A DNA stretch of 64,000 nucleotides from Azolla caroliniana (GCA_043228905.1 JBHGNT010000006.1:3782001-3846000), one strand, 5' to 3'; positions 1 to 16,779 are shown, numbered from the stretch's first letter. The notes: generated from the sequence alone by a model not told the origin. Numbers and translations: made by a program.

Positions 1-312
1 TTTATGCGAAGTGAGAGCAGCCGAGAGAGAGAGAGAGAGAGAGAGACGAAGAGGTCGTTGCCTCTGTGTATTACCGCCGCCTGTGGCGAAGACAGTGAGC
101 TCAAGGTTGTTGCCTTGCAGCTTCACCAGTGTACATCCCTGTTCATAGTGATAGTTGGAGTTTGAGGACTCCCGTGGTTTTTTCCCATTTAGGGCTTTCC
201 ACGTAAAATATCCAGTGTACCTTTCTCTCTATTGTCCTAGTGCACTTTGTATTTCCTGTTTTCTGTGAGTTGATCCTATTCCTCGGTTGTGGCCGAGCAC
301 TGTTACCCAACA
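1..312 (+). mobile_element. 3' part of a Ty1/copia LTR (same family as element C LTR), runs off the left edge
   Basis: Aligns by eye with 45010-45313 (AG run, cctctgtgtattaccgccgcctgtggcgaagacag, cgtggtttttcccatttaggg, cggttgtggccgagc). Ends ...ccaaCA at 312 with no PBS after it, so it is a 3' or solo LTR. Confidence 0.9.
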
Positions 313-800
313 ATAGATACATCTTGATTTGGTCGATTTCGTTTTAAGCTTCAATGGGAGACTTTTGCAAGACATTGTTTTAAATGTGGTAAATTGGGGC
401 ATTTTATGGCTGAATGTCAATATCATGGTGAACTATCCCCAATAAATAATGTCAAAGGGAAAAACAAGGAAGATGTTGAGAAGGATATTGTCTCAATGGT
501 TGATATGGTCATGTATGAGGGAACATCTTATGGGTTAGAGTGAGATCCTAAAGTTCATGGTCATGTTAGAGGTGTTGGGGAGGAGAATGGAGTATGTATT
601 AATGATGACCACGATGTTGAAGATAGAGAGTGGCATCAAGTGAAGCATAAGATAAAAGGGAAGGGTGTTGCCATACAAAGGGACACAAAAAATACTAACG
701 GTACAACATTACCAAAAGATAATTTGAGATTGAATGAGGGGTTTAAGAAAAATCCTTGGTAGAAACAAGTGCGAAATCAAATGTTGGACCCAACCAATTA
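313..800 (+). pseudogene. Degenerate L1 LINE ORF1 remnant (CCHC zinc knuckle)
   Basis: Translation near 340-420 gives FKLQWETFARHCFKCGKLGHFMAECQ (Cx2Cx4Hx4C). Downstream is EWHQVKHKIKGKG, typical of plant L1 ORF1 tails. Stops are present. Confidence 0.6.
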
Positions 801-1848
801 CAATTTGATTCTTTAGGAAGGGTGGTGCGACCTCAATTAAATCAAGGACTTCGTTCTTGTGGAGCTAGACAATAAAACCCTAATATTGGCAGAGGGGATG
901 TAGTACACACGAATCCTTATGCAACCCTTGAACAAGTAGTTATTACATTCATGAATACACTTGCTCATAAAGAGCAAGTTCTTACTAAAGGTGTTAAATG
1001 AAAGTGGTATCATGGAATGTGAGAGGGACATCTTCTCCTCATAAGAAATATATATTATGGAAAACTTTATTTGATAAAGAATGGGATGTTTTATGTGTAG
1101 TTGAACATAAGTGTCATGATTTAGCAGGATCTATGTTACATTTGCGTGGATATTTCGCATATTATGCATGATTATTCATGATTTGTTTTGTCCACATATA
1201 GTCTATAATGATCCATATGGAACACGTTCACATTCACAAGTGGAAGGATCGCGCATTCCACTTATAAATTCCTTTTATAGTCTTGCGATTTCAGGCAATT
1301 TTCAGAAACTTGATACACTAGTATCACATATTTTAAACATGTAAAATTTGCTAATTTTTTGAGATTTAACAAGTTTCAAAATGATAATTTCTAAAATTGA
1401 ATAGTTTTTCAATAAATGTTTAAACGTTGATGGTCTGCAAATATGAAATGTAGTTAACTTAAAGAAAATCACAATGGTTAACTCAAGACACAAGTTAAGA
1501 TTAATGGTTCACCATCTTGAGGAGATGTAGGTTCTAGAAGTGGAAGTTACATCTATTGTTAGACTTGAAAATGTTTTAAGTATAAGAGGTAACATTGTAA
1601 TCCTTAATGCCATCATCTATAAATTTAGTGCTCATTAACGTCCATCAATTCACAACTCAAGAAATGTATCCAATATTCATAAACAATTTTGATAAATCCA
1701 TAACTTCTAAAATGTAGAGGATATTCATCAACTGCCAAACTTAGATGTAAACATTAATATATCAATTTGAACATATCACATAGTTATGAAGCTATCCACA
1801 ATGCTCTCCTCTTCTTTATTTTGATAACTCCCCTACAAAATTTGTGAA

Positions 1849-3299
1849 GTAAATGGCACTTGCAAGGTTCAATTACCATCAACACAATCATTAATGGTTT
1901 TTTGTTAATCAAGGAAGCACATGCTTACCATAAGGTATCTTGTTGTGCAACATACTTCTTTACAGTATCGATATGCATCCTTTACTCTTGTAAAAACAGA
2001 GATTTTAGTACAATTTGAGTTCATGTTTAAAAAACCTCTTTTATTTGAAAAAAAAAAAAAATTTAAACATGAACTAAAAACAGAGTTTTCATCACAATTC
2101 CATACGATATATCAAATTCATGTTCAAAGTTTTTTTTCCCAGATTTAAAAAAAAAATACAATCAAGCTTGAGTTGATGAAAAAACCAATTTTTTCACCAC
2201 AATTCAATACAATGTATCGAGTTCATGTTTAAAGTTATTATTATTATTATTTTGGAAAAAAACTTTAAACATGAATTCGATACATTGTATCGACTTGTGA
2301 TGAAAACTCTAGTTTTTTCATCACTTCAAGCTCAAAATGTTTTTCTTTTTTTTTTAATTTTAAAAAAAAAACTTTAAACATGAACTTGATACATTGTATC
2401 AAGTTCATGTCAAAAACTTAGCTTTTCGACACGAACTCGATACATTGTATCGAGTTCATGTGAACTCTGTTTTTCAACATGGGTTCGTGTTTAAAGTTTT
2501 TTAAAAAGTTTTGATTTTTTTCTATTTATTTTGTTTTTTTAAAAAAACATTTTGAGCTTGAAGTGATGAAAAAACCAGAGTTTTCATGACAATTGAATAC
2601 AATGTATCGAGTTCATGTTTAAAGTTTTTTTTTTCTAAAAATAAATAAATAAATTGAAAAAAATTAAAAACTATTACTTTAAACCATAGATTGACATATT
2701 CGCATTCGTGGGGTTTCTCATTTGAATGCAAACGAATACGAATACGAATGGGTAGTCAAGTAATTTTTTATATTTATTTTACAAAACGAATGGTTTTTTA
2801 ATATTCTTGGGGCCATTTTGTATTCTCGAATATTGAGAATATTGCACATGGAAAATATCATGAATATCACGCATGTGTCAATCTATGCTTTAAAGATGAA
2901 CTCAATACATTGTATTGAATTTTGGTGAAAAACCTGGTTTTTTCATCAACTCAAGCTCGATTGTTTTAGTTTTTTAATTTCGGGGAAAAAAACTTTGAAC
3001 ATGAATTTGATACATCATATGGAATTGTGATGAAAACTTTATTTTTTACATCAACTTGATACAATGTATCGAGTTCATGTTTAGAAATCTTCTTTTTTTT
3101 CAAATAAAAGAGGTTTTTTAAACATGAACTCGATTTGTACTAAAATCTCTATTTTTACAAGAGGAAAAGATGCATATTGATACTGCAAAGAAGTATGTTA
3201 CACAACAAGATACCTTATGGTGAACATATGCTTCATTAATTAACAAAAAACTATTGATAATTGTGTTGATAGTAATTGAACCTTGCAAGTGCCATTTAC
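1849..3299. mobile_element. Non-autonomous foldback/long-TIR DNA element
   Basis: 1849-~2234 is the approximate reverse complement of ~2888-3299 (gtaaatggcacttgcaagg ... ccttgcaagtgccatttac). There is an inner inverted pair ~2255-2360/~2530-2630 and a repeated palindrome catgaactcgatacaTtgtatcgagttcatg. No clear TSD. Confidence 0.8.
2685..2887. mobile_element. hAT-type MITE nested in the foldback element
   Basis: 12-bp TIRs catagattgaca / tgtcaatctatg. 8-bp TSD ctttaaac (2677-2684) / ctttaaag (2888-2895). 203 bp long. Confidence 0.8.
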
Positions 3300-3699
3300 G
3301 TGGTCTATAAAATATTCTCGTGGTTCTTAATCACCACTTCAAGCACTTAATGTTGATCTTCATAGTTTGGTTCATCTACAACAAAGAAACATTTATGCGG
3401 AACTAAGGATGACAACACGAGCATAACTAAGGTGAGAAGGAAACTTGCAAGAACTCAAGGTGGGGATATTAATAGCTACACATGTAGATGGCCATGACCT
3501 AGGGCACCAATTCTGCATTAGTAAAGTTTTGGATGTGGTGATGCATTAAACCTTTGTAATACATCTACCATTAACATTAGTGAGGTAGATATCATTGTGT
3601 ATGACTTTACACTGGCAAAAGTTGGATGTTTGTTGCCCGCCGAAATAGTAACTGACAGACAGAAGCGCACAAGCATTATAATATAGTAAAGCGTTAAGA

Positions 3700-4390
3700 A
3701 ATGCATGTAACGGTTCATGTGGGAAGCGTGAATGACTAAAAGCCCTGTGTATATAAAGGGCAGAAATCCTCTGTAAGAGGGAGCGTGTAATTTTGGTGCA
3801 TAAAGCATTTTTCCTAATAGAATACTATATTCTCTGATCTCTATGCATATCTGTGGTTGTATCTGCTACGTTCTTTGTTTCTCTGTTGCGTATTGTAAAT
3901 CATAAGGGTGTAGGCATAAGTGCGGATACTAGTGCACTTCCTAAAGAGACGAGGACTAGGGTCTGGCACTTGTTTCTTTTGCATCGTTCCATTGGAGGAT
4001 AGTACACATAGGTTCATTAAATGTCCTATAGTGTGTACCATTTGGAAGTACTTATCGGACATTTGGCAAGTTTTAACCCGTTGTTGTTTGAGACCTCAAC
4101 AATGGGTTTTTTCTCAATATGTTCAAAATGGATCAAATGATGAGATGGAGATATTGTTCCAATTTTTACGTTATTGGGGTCTACAACACAATTGGAATAT
4201 GCGTAATGCTTTCATGTTTGATAATAGACATGAGGTGAAAGCTTAAATAAAGAAGCTTAAAGGTATTCTCATGTGGAATTTTTGGATGTTAGAGCATGTG
4301 GGGATCATTTCCTGAAATGCATATTCAGGTTTTTTCGTAGCATTACAGAACGTCCCTCTCCCTACATAGGCATATGATAGGTAGAGGAGA
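3700..4390 (+). pseudogene. L1 LINE ORF2 3' remnant (zf-RVT zinc-binding region)
   Basis: ORF 3920-4246 contains TCFFCIVPLEDSTHRFIKCPIVCTIW...WNMRNAFMF, the CxxC...ExxxH..C...W...WxxRN..F pattern of plant L1 ORF2 C-termini. Confidence 0.75.
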
Positions 4391-4398
4391 CTAAGAAG

Positions 4399-4781
4399 TG
4401 TTGTAACTAAGTGGATTTTACATACAATTAATATAATTGTGTGCTTTTTACCAACAACAAAAAAAGAGAGGGACATCAAAGAGATAGAGAATAGAGAGAA
4501 AGATGCTTTATATTTCATTCATTCCCCCATAAGGGGGTTAAATAATACAATGCAGGGTCAGATACATAGGGGTGCATGCTCCTTTAGCCATCCACACATA
4601 TCACTCGCTCACACCCTTTCCTATTTGTCCACACACATGTGCGTGTTCCCACACTTACGCATATACTCACACTCACACTTACATTTGTACTCGTGCACAT
4701 TTGCACATACACAATAACAACATTCTAATCTTTCACCCTCACTCATAAGACTCAACTCTCCATACATCTTGTACGGTAACA
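4399..4781 (-). repeat. Dispersed LTR-like repeat, copy 1
   Basis: Shares ttcattcattcccc(c)ataagggg, a CA-rich tract and the terminus gtacggtaaca with 50827-51415. TG...CA ends. No TSD found. Confidence 0.55.
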
Positions 4782-4879
4782 AAAATAACCTTCAAAAGCT
4801 CAACATTCGTTCGGATGGAGGATTTTGGAAACATGCCATCTGGTATCTAGAAATGGGCCCAATTCAATTTCTTTGCCTT

Positions 4880-5310
4880 GAAAACAAACCAAACTGAACC
4901 AAACTGTTTGTGAACTCTCAAGCCATTTAAACCCAAACCATTTAAAGAAAAGTTGAAACCAAAACCGAACCATTTAATAAAAAATCTAAACCCAACCATT
5001 TAAGTCAAACTAATGAAAAATCTAAATAAACAAAAATACATTAAATTTAATCAGCATTTAAGTTAAATTAATTAAATAAATAAATAACCATTAATTAAAC
5101 CATTAAGAGAAAAAAGAAGTTAACCAATCAACCTTTAAACCAAACCATTAAAACTTGTAAACCGATAAACCCGAGTTTTTGAACTAAACCGAACTGAAAC
5201 CAAACCGTTTATAAAAAATCAAAACCAAACCAAACCATTAAATTTTTTGGGGAACCAATAAACTGTTAAACCACGGCTTAACGGTTTGGTTCGGTTTGAG
5301 CCGAAACAAG
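4880..5310. mobile_element. MITE-like remnant rich in AAACC/AACCG subterminal motifs
   Basis: Many aaaccaaac/aaccgaac/aaccattta repeats, with inverted copies (ggtttggttcggtttg) at the right end. This is typical of non-autonomous hAT derivatives. Confidence 0.55.
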
Positions 5311-5489
5311 GTCCACAACTACTCGTATACATGAAGCCAAATGCTCCCATTATGTCTAAAACTGTGGGGGCCCTGCCACAGACAAAACAAAACGTAAGGG
5401 CATACCAAGACTATTAGTATCCCAGTTGAAAAAAAGGTGGAGGGGTACGTCTGAGAATATTATGAAAAACATGGAGGGTATTCTTGAGA

Positions 5490-5568
5490 ATATTGTTATT
5501 ATTATTATTATTGTTATTGTTATTATTATTGTTGTTGTTGTTGTTGTTGTTGTTATTATTACTACTAC
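5490..5568. repeat. Compound (ATT/GTT/ACT)n microsatellite
   Basis: Directly visible, just upstream of a putative first exon ending at the strong donor CAG|GTGAGT (5693). Confidence 0.95.
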
Positions 5569-6465
5569 TCTTCTGTTTTCTCTCTGTCTCTGCCATAGAG
5601 TCGCAAAAACAAAAGAATTTGGCTTCCGTGTCCCCTGCGATTCGTCTTTCAGTCAGTCTCACAGCTGCGAATTCCTCACGCTTCTGAATCCAGGTGAGTA
5701 CTCAACCAAACAGGGACTACATATTGACGAAGGATTTCTCATCCGGATCTCATCGCTTTCTAATACACCGAATCTCATTCCTGTCTTTTTCTTTCTTTCT
5801 TGAAAGTTTTTGTGCGTTAATCCGATGGTGTTTTTTCTTATTTCTTTCCTCCCATCTCTACATTTTGTGTTTCATCCAGAATCACCAAGATGTTTTGTTC
5901 AGTATTATATGCGATTGAAGCAGGTTTTCGGCATCTAGATATAGGTAGTGTGTTAAGCAAGACTACTGGGAAGTTTGGGTGCAGGGAGAGAGGCTGTACT
6001 ATTTTTTATGATTAGCTGAACAAACCACCGAAAGAATACAATTTTTTCGTAACAAAATTACGATAACACCCCTCTGTAGTTCAAGATTTACAGGTACTAT
6101 GAAGAGTATTCTGATAAGCTCTGGATCCTTATTCTAGCACTAAAAAAAACTGATATTAGGAAAACAAAAGTGTTAGACTATTTTAATCATCCAAAATACC
6201 CCTAACTTGTTGAGGGTTTACACAAATACCTATAATTCTACAACATACCAGGATACTATTTGTAGTCCAAGACTTATCCCTAGATTGGGAAGGGGTATTC
6301 AAGGGAGTTTTGAAGGAAAACAAGTGTTATTGTTGTTGCCGTAACCATTATTTGGAAGAAAACAAGTGTTTTCTTATTTTAATCATTATATGGGAATTTC
6401 GTCATTGATTGATCAATCCGTTTAGGTTATAAATGTATTATTAGGTATTGCATTTTCCAAACTGT

Positions 6466-7686
6466 ATGGATGCGGTATCAGACAGAATGGCTTTACCAAA
6501 CATTCCATTGTTGCATGATTATCCGGACCTCGAAACTGGGAAAATCACATTGCTAGAAGGTGGATCTTTACATTTGGGCAATGGTCATTTCACACCAGCG
6601 CCTGATCTAGAAACAGGGGAAATGGATTCAGTTTTTATAATTAGAGATCATGGTGTTCAGATTGCCAAACATGAAGAGAGAGGTTATTTTATGGGTACTG
6701 AAGGTCATCTTCCAATGTCTATGGAATGGAGTTCAACTAATGGAAATGGGGATGTAATCTCTCCTCACAAGCAAAGAAGAGTTCAGTGGAATGACAACAA
6801 TGGAAAGGACCTCGTCTATCTTGTTGAGTTTGAAGTGAGGTATTTATCTTTCTCTCTATTGTATTGCTTAACCCTATTTTATTATGTGAATTTGAGCTAG
6901 TTTGAAGTGAGATATTTTGTTTCCAATGTTATTTTCTGTCCATTTATAAGGTCTACATTCGGGAAAGGAAAACAAAATATCTTTTTCATTTCAAACTTTA
7001 TAGTTGGAAGGACTGTTTCTTTTGATTTGATTAATTGTGTATGCTGAGAAAAACACACGATCTAAATATGAGAGATGTGAGGAAATATGAGATTCCGTAC
7101 AAGTATAGTGAAATATTGTGAGGGAAAACCAAATTTCCTCCTATGAAAGATGAATAATTGATTTGTTATATTTTCCATTAATAAATCTAGACATAGACAT
7201 CAGTATAGTGTGAAATATGAACTTTCATGAAACATGGGGAATTCCCATATCTATGTTTGAATAGCTAATATTTCATGCTCGAATGTACTTTCAATTTGTA
7301 ATCACAAAACATTGTAATTGTGCCAACAGTAATTGTTTTCTTTCGATCAATGAACTGGCCACATTATAAAATGGTATTTGAATCATTTGTCTTTTGTCTC
7401 ATATAGGCTGTTAACTGTTGCTTTTCTACTTACCATGTTGTGAAACTTATATTTTTATCTATTTTTGTTAATTTGGGTCAGTTGGTGCCAAATTTTGGTC
7501 CTATGAAGTTAGGTTGTTCACAGTGTGAATGCACCTCAATATTAATCGTTGAGTCATTGTATTTAATGATGATATAATAATTTTTGCTTGATTTTCTTAA
7601 TGAAAAGTGATTACGAGGAAGAAAATGAAGATGATGATGAAGATGATGATATCGACTCACATTCTTGTACATGCACTATCCAGTAG
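6466..7686 (+). CDS. Small plant protein with RVxW motif and C-terminal CaaX box (coding exons 6466-6839, 7608-7686; ~150 aa)
   Basis: Exon 1 ends ...KQRRVQWNDNNGKDLVYLVEFEV ag|GT. The phase-2 acceptor AG|7608 gives SDYEEENEDDDEDDDIDSHSCTCTIQ*. It resembles the conserved plant VQW.D..GK.L.E..EFEPS...C.C.I(M/Q) family. A 5' exon probably ends at 5693, so the start codon is uncertain. Confidence 0.8.
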
Positions 7687-7810
7687 TGAAACATGATTCA
7701 ATTTCTTACAGTTGCTATTCATAGAAATATAAATAGCTTACAAAGAAGGCTATATCTGTGAATGAGGACCACGGTATAGAAGTCAATGTTAAAAACATGA
7801 TCTTTTCACA

Positions 7811-7940
7811 TTTCTAGAGGAGGATTATGATATAATATGGCAAGAGAGGACATGGTCAAATTTCTAGAGGAAGATTGTTATATAACTTGAGTTTTGGCAT
7901 GAGAGATGAGATGGCCATACTAGTAGAGGAAGATTGTTAC
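7811..7940. repeat. Degenerate ~50-60 bp tandem repeat x3 in the 3' region of gene 1
   Basis: The motif tagagga(g/a)gatt(a/g)t(g/t)a occurs at ~7815, ~7865 and ~7924. Confidence 0.6.
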
Positions 7941-8949
7941 GGTGGTCATGTGAAAAGCAAACCACCTCCCAGAAGAGTTCTAGATTATCTTAAAGAGATA
8001 ATTGACCACACGGTTTTCCAGAAGTATGTTTGAATTTACTTAGTCTATCAAAGGTTAAAGGTGCAAGAGTTCTTCCTTTCGATCTTGTTGGGAATTTATA
8101 CTGTTTGCCTGACATCAGTAAAAATACAAAGACTTTGTAGTTTTGATTGTATATTGTTGGGCTGATATCTGTAAAAAAATCAATCTGAGAGTAATCTTTG
8201 GTGTTCTAAATTCAACCTGAGTTTTTGTTACTCTGTTGAAGTTTATTTTTTATTTTGTACTTGGATTGGGAACTAGAGATTTGTCTCAAAACTATTGTAT
8301 ATATTATACTGGAATCACTACTTCGCCTTTCATATGATAAAAGGCATCTTGCAAATGTGTTATGTTTTATGTTCATTATTTGAAATGTACTGTAGAATTT
8401 TATTAGTCTTTTGTTTTGTTCTTCTAAAGGTAAGAACTTTTTCAGATAGCTCTACTACATGCTTACCATTAAATACTAATCCATTGTGTTTATCCCAATT
8501 ATGATGAAATCCCCAATATGTCAAAAGAATATCTCCATCTTTGATATTAGATTGAGCTTTGTGAATTGTGTCATCTCTCATTGTCTTAGTAGCAAATAAT
8601 AACTTGATCAAACAAATTAGAGAATCGTAATGCCAAATTTGATGAGCAATCTATTTAGAGCTAATTCAAATGTAGACATTTGCTAGAAATGGTAATTTAA
8701 AATGGCATTTACATTTCAAGATTCATTACTATCCATGATTAGAGTTACATACCTTCATTCTTTTTCAAACATAGAGGATAGCTGTTAGACAAACTCAATG
8801 GAACAATTGTACAAGAGATAAGCAATCACTTGTATAAATGATGTCTAACCTCGTAAATAGTAATCAACCCATGGTTGGTCTTTGGTTTATATAGGTACAA
8901 GAACTTGTATCAATGCTATATTTTATGGTTGCGACCAAATAAACTTATA

Positions 8950-9560
8950 ATTGCATAGGGTTGTTATAATTGTTGCACTTCAACAAACTATCTCTAAAGA
9001 CTAAGACCAACCCTCAACTATGTGTTAACTTGGGGTATCCATTGGGAGAGAATGTTTCAAATGTTGAGCAAATTGAATGGATGACTAGCAAGTTGAAGGA
9101 TAAATTCATATATTGGAAGTCACAACTTGATCACTTCATGTTTGACTTAAAGTTCTACTATGTATTATGAAACCCATGATATTATATTTTTTGTCGTTGC
9201 TACCATGTATGAAAAAGGCTTTGCATTATGTTTTGCCACTACTTCGGTATTTTGTTGTGGAGAAAGAGGGATAAGATGGGAATCGCATGGGTTGTGCAAA
9301 ACCATCTAGCAATCTCAAAGCTCTTGGGATGAGTTGCAATACCAAACTAATCTATGCATATGATGGCTCACCTATTTTCATTATTGTAAGACAATGTTTT
9401 CACAATCACGATTCACAACCATGGATGGATCCTTGCCATTCTAAACATTCCAAATCCTTCTTAATGCAAAAATGAGGCAAAACTTGCTCCAATTAATATG
9501 TAACCTGAATGCCAATAACTGAATTGTGTCATAACATGGGTAGTGAATGAGTCATGCTGA
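8950..9560 (+). pseudogene. Highly degenerate LINE ORF2 fragment
   Basis: LGYPLG ... KLKDKFIYWKS and a later W..I-rich segment resemble the post-RT region of L1 ORF2. Many stops and frameshifts. Confidence 0.45.
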
Positions 9561-10137
9561 ATCACCAATATGCAATACAACACTCCGAGGAACGAATTTA
9601 GGCATGCTGTAAAAATAAAACCGTCAAAGAGTTGGCTTTTCTAATTTAAGTTCTAATCTATGAATGATTGGTTTGTTTTGCACTTTCTCTAATATAACTT
9701 TTAAAGGTAAACTACAATACTAATTACATCAATTTAGAGCATTTTCTTATCATGTGAAATATTAAACCACAAAATGTCAATGTCACAATCAACAATATCG
9801 AAAACTTCCAAATACCCCGAGTTTCTTTTATTTCATCAAATGCCTTTGGGTCAACCCCCAAATGGAAAATAGGTACCATAGAAACATTCATTCTGGATTG
9901 ACCTAGAACACCTGGGAGATGAGAAATTACAGGAGCAATCGAGGAAATAAAGAGCTCGGATACTTATGAGTTTTCCATTAAAGACATAATTCACAATTCA
10001 AGTACAATAATTGTTTATTATTGAAAGAATATGTTAATGAGATAATTGTTTATATTAAAATCTGATGCTTTACAGCTTCATTTGTCAACCCAATGAAGTG
10101 AAACTGTGGAACATAAATTTGCTTCGATTATTTTTAT

Positions 10138-13281
<3,144 letters not shown>

Positions 13282-13650
13282 TAAGAAGAAGAAGAAGAAA
13301 TCCCCCTCTTCGTGGTTTCGTTCCTTCCAGGAAGAATCAACGAGAAGTGCAGAGGAAACAGGGGAAGGAGAGGAGGAGATTACATACATAGATACATAAT
13401 AATGTATGAGCCTTTCACATAAGGTTAAAAAGAGGTTAGGATAAGAAACAAATTTTGAGGAATAAATATCCTTAATTCATTCAGCATTTCAAATTTGTGA
13501 TGAAACAACAGTATGTACATACATAATGTCATCTCGCGGTCCTCTTAAGCCTCCCAAGGGATTCACTGACACTACTAAGCCGTGAGTTGAGTCATCGTAG
13601 CTTTGCCCATGGAATCCTCACACGAGCAAATCCACCGGTGGCCTTGCTTT

Positions 13651-13761
<111 letters not shown>

Positions 13762-13944
13762 ATCTTGCAAAATCTCTCTTCCTAGATAAACATTGAATCA
13801 TCTCTTCTTCGCTTCCATATCACCAATTGTTCCTTGCCTTTGCGAAACAAGGGTTGTGAGTCCCAAACAACCTACATGAGGTGTGATTCTCCTGATATAT
13901 CCATAACGTCCTCCTCACACTCACGACTGTTCCAAGCCTTTTCT

Positions 13945-14091
13945 TTAATGGTTCGGTTTGAACGGTTTTAGTTTAAACAGTTTCGCAGTTCGATTTAAAT
14001 GGTTTCGTGGTTCAGTTCGGTTAAAATGGTTTCATGGTTCGGTTCGGTTTAAGTTTCCATTTTTTTAAATGGTTCGAGTTTGACACCCTCA
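13945..14091 (-). mobile_element. hAT-like MITE terminus
   Basis: ggttcggttt/aacggttt repeats ending in tttgacaccctc (reverse complement gagggtgtcaaa, like common plant hAT MITE termini). Confidence 0.5.
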
Positions 14092-15917
14092 AACTGAGTT
14101 GTTGCCGATTCCTAATGATGGTTAATTGATCAGTACAAGAAGTATGATCATGAATATAGCATTTTCCATCAAGTCAAAAGGGACACGAGATTTCCCCATC
14201 TACAAATCCACACTTCAAATTGATTTGTAAGTGAACAACCAATGAGCATGCATCAACTATTAGTGGTTTGTTTGTGGGGTTGACAAAGTAAACCATACTA
14301 GGTGTGTCGAGGGGGCTTTTTCGATGTAGGGATTGGTGATGGTGGTGTTGTGACCATGGCGAGCCCTAAGACGCAAGAAAGCACGACATTAAACAGAGAC
14401 ATCATGTTGAGCAATTTCTTCATGGGGCAATCGATCTTAAACCCGTGTTCATACTTGTTGTGGTAGGCAATCATGTTTGTACTAGGCATCGATGGTGCAG
14501 TGTTGTTGCCAAGTCGTGACATTGAAGACGTCTGTTGTGCTTGTCTCCATGAAGGTAATTGCACCCCTTTACCACTATAGTTAGTTGGATGCTCATGGTT
14601 TTGGTTGCCCACAAACCCTTTAAGTTGTTGGGAATGATAATAGAACATGTTGGTGGGTATCCACTCGGACGAGGCTCTAGGTGAGAGTACAAGCATATCT
14701 TAAACCTATAAGTTTTTTGTTATTAACTAGGGGCTATACCCGATTGACCTAGTTGACAACTTATTTGTATTCGAGTTTATTAAGCTTGAAGTTGACTTGT
14801 TCAATGTTGTTGATTTGATTACACTAAAATCACAAATTAACAACTAACATGATAAATTAATTTTCTTAAGCACCAACGACCACAAAACTATTTAGGCGAA
14901 GACAATAGAGACCCATTATAACATGGTTTGCTAGTTTTAGGGATTGAAGAAAAATGAATCCTAGGGCAAGTCCTTGGAATTATAAATCTTGTGGTTGCAA
15001 AGATTGGCTAAAGCCTTGATGTCACGCCTAGGAAAATTCAAGAGAGGGGTTAGCTTGTGCACCGACAACTCTTAAATAGGCTTGATTCGTAAAGAGTCAA
15101 GACACTCTTTCTGATTTTTTTAGAAACTTTAAGGAGATAGATAAACACCATCATGAAATAATTGAGCTACCGACGACCTTGATGTTATTTTTATTTTTAT
15201 TTGGTTTATACATGCCATTATTCATATACAAACATATACATCATCCCCTCTTTTATTGTTGCACTACCATGAAGCAATGTTTATTTTTAGTGTTTCTGTT
15301 TTTAGTTGATTTAAAAAAATAATTAGATAACTAAGTATATGAGTAATTGGTACTAACTAATTATGTAATTAAGCAATGGAAGCAATTAATGCAATAAGTA
15401 CAAATAACACGTGAGAGAGTGAGATAAGAGGATTAACATGCCAATAACAAGATATCTTGAAATGAGCATTAAGACACCATTATGACATACAAATATAGTA
15501 AGCACAATAATGACATATGCATATATTAAGCAAAATAGGGCATGGATCATAATGATAAATATGTTTAGTAATTATGTTATTCGATTATGTCACCTAATTT
15601 TACATTAGGAAAGAGGTTCTTTATATCGCTTCTTACAAGTAGTGGTGGATCCATCCACTTCTTACACTAATCCTTACAATATCTATGAACTTAATACTAT
15701 CTTCTAGAGTAAACTCTTAAACAGTACCTTGGACTTCCTATTGTGCTTTTTCTAGAGAATATCCATTTAGTACTAAGTCTAACTATACAATTTGACTCGT
15801 TACATTTAGTTTAGCTTATGTAATATGTGTTTACATAGGAGGAGGGTTCTCTTGTAAATGAGGTTGAGAATGAGCTTGACTATGAAAATATATGCCATGG
15901 GTCATACATAAATAAAT

Positions 15918-15954
<37 letters not shown>

Positions 15955-16779
15955 CAATTTATATATGCCTTGAGGTGATTCATCCTAAAGGTACTAGCCT
16001 CTAGGGACCATGGATGGTTGTCCATAATGTATTATGAATCATTCATCCTTAGGAAACAAAAAGTGCACATTTATCATTTTTTCAAATAATGATTTGACTT
16101 TGCATAAGTAAACACCAATATAATCTTATGTAATCATATTGCACCCACACATCGTCTTAATGGATTCAAGTTGCTCATGGTAAACCTTGGTGTGGGATTG
16201 ATATACTTTTATCCTTGACAAATAGTCCAAAAATCAATGTAACCGGAGATTTGTGTTGCATAAGTAGTCAAAATTTATCAATAACAATTGAAATTCATTA
16301 GTGGCTCATTTTCGCAACTTTGAACCTAGAATCAAACACTTTTTTAGAGGATGATCACTCACCCATCCTAATGGAGATATATATACTTTTCTCATGCGAT
16401 GCACAAGTCCTTATATGATTCTCAATGGTACAATTATTTGTCCCTTTTTCTCCCTCCTCTTTGTCCCTTTTTGAATATGCATGTTAAAACAATATTCTAT
16501 TTGCCCACCATTTTTTACTAAGCAAACAATATTCACCCCATGGTCCACACATAATGACATTATCATGTAGGGTCAATCACAACTCAATGTTGTTTATGCC
16601 CTTGGTGTCCTTTCAATCATTAATTTCCATCAAAGTAGTTGTTGTTAAAGACAAGGTTATGAAATAGATGGCATGAGAATCAATTAATGCCATGTGATGA
16701 TCATTGATGTCGTTGTCGTGAAGACGCACTTGCATAAGATGGAGGAGATAAAAGGGGGGAGAGTAAGTTGAAGAAGATG

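Noticed and set aside
5414-5803. Poly-N, poly-L and poly-V ORFs
   Set aside because: These are translations of the trinucleotide microsatellite.
14298-14696. 132-aa minus-strand ORF
   Set aside because: No recognisable domain. At most a decayed gag-like fragment.
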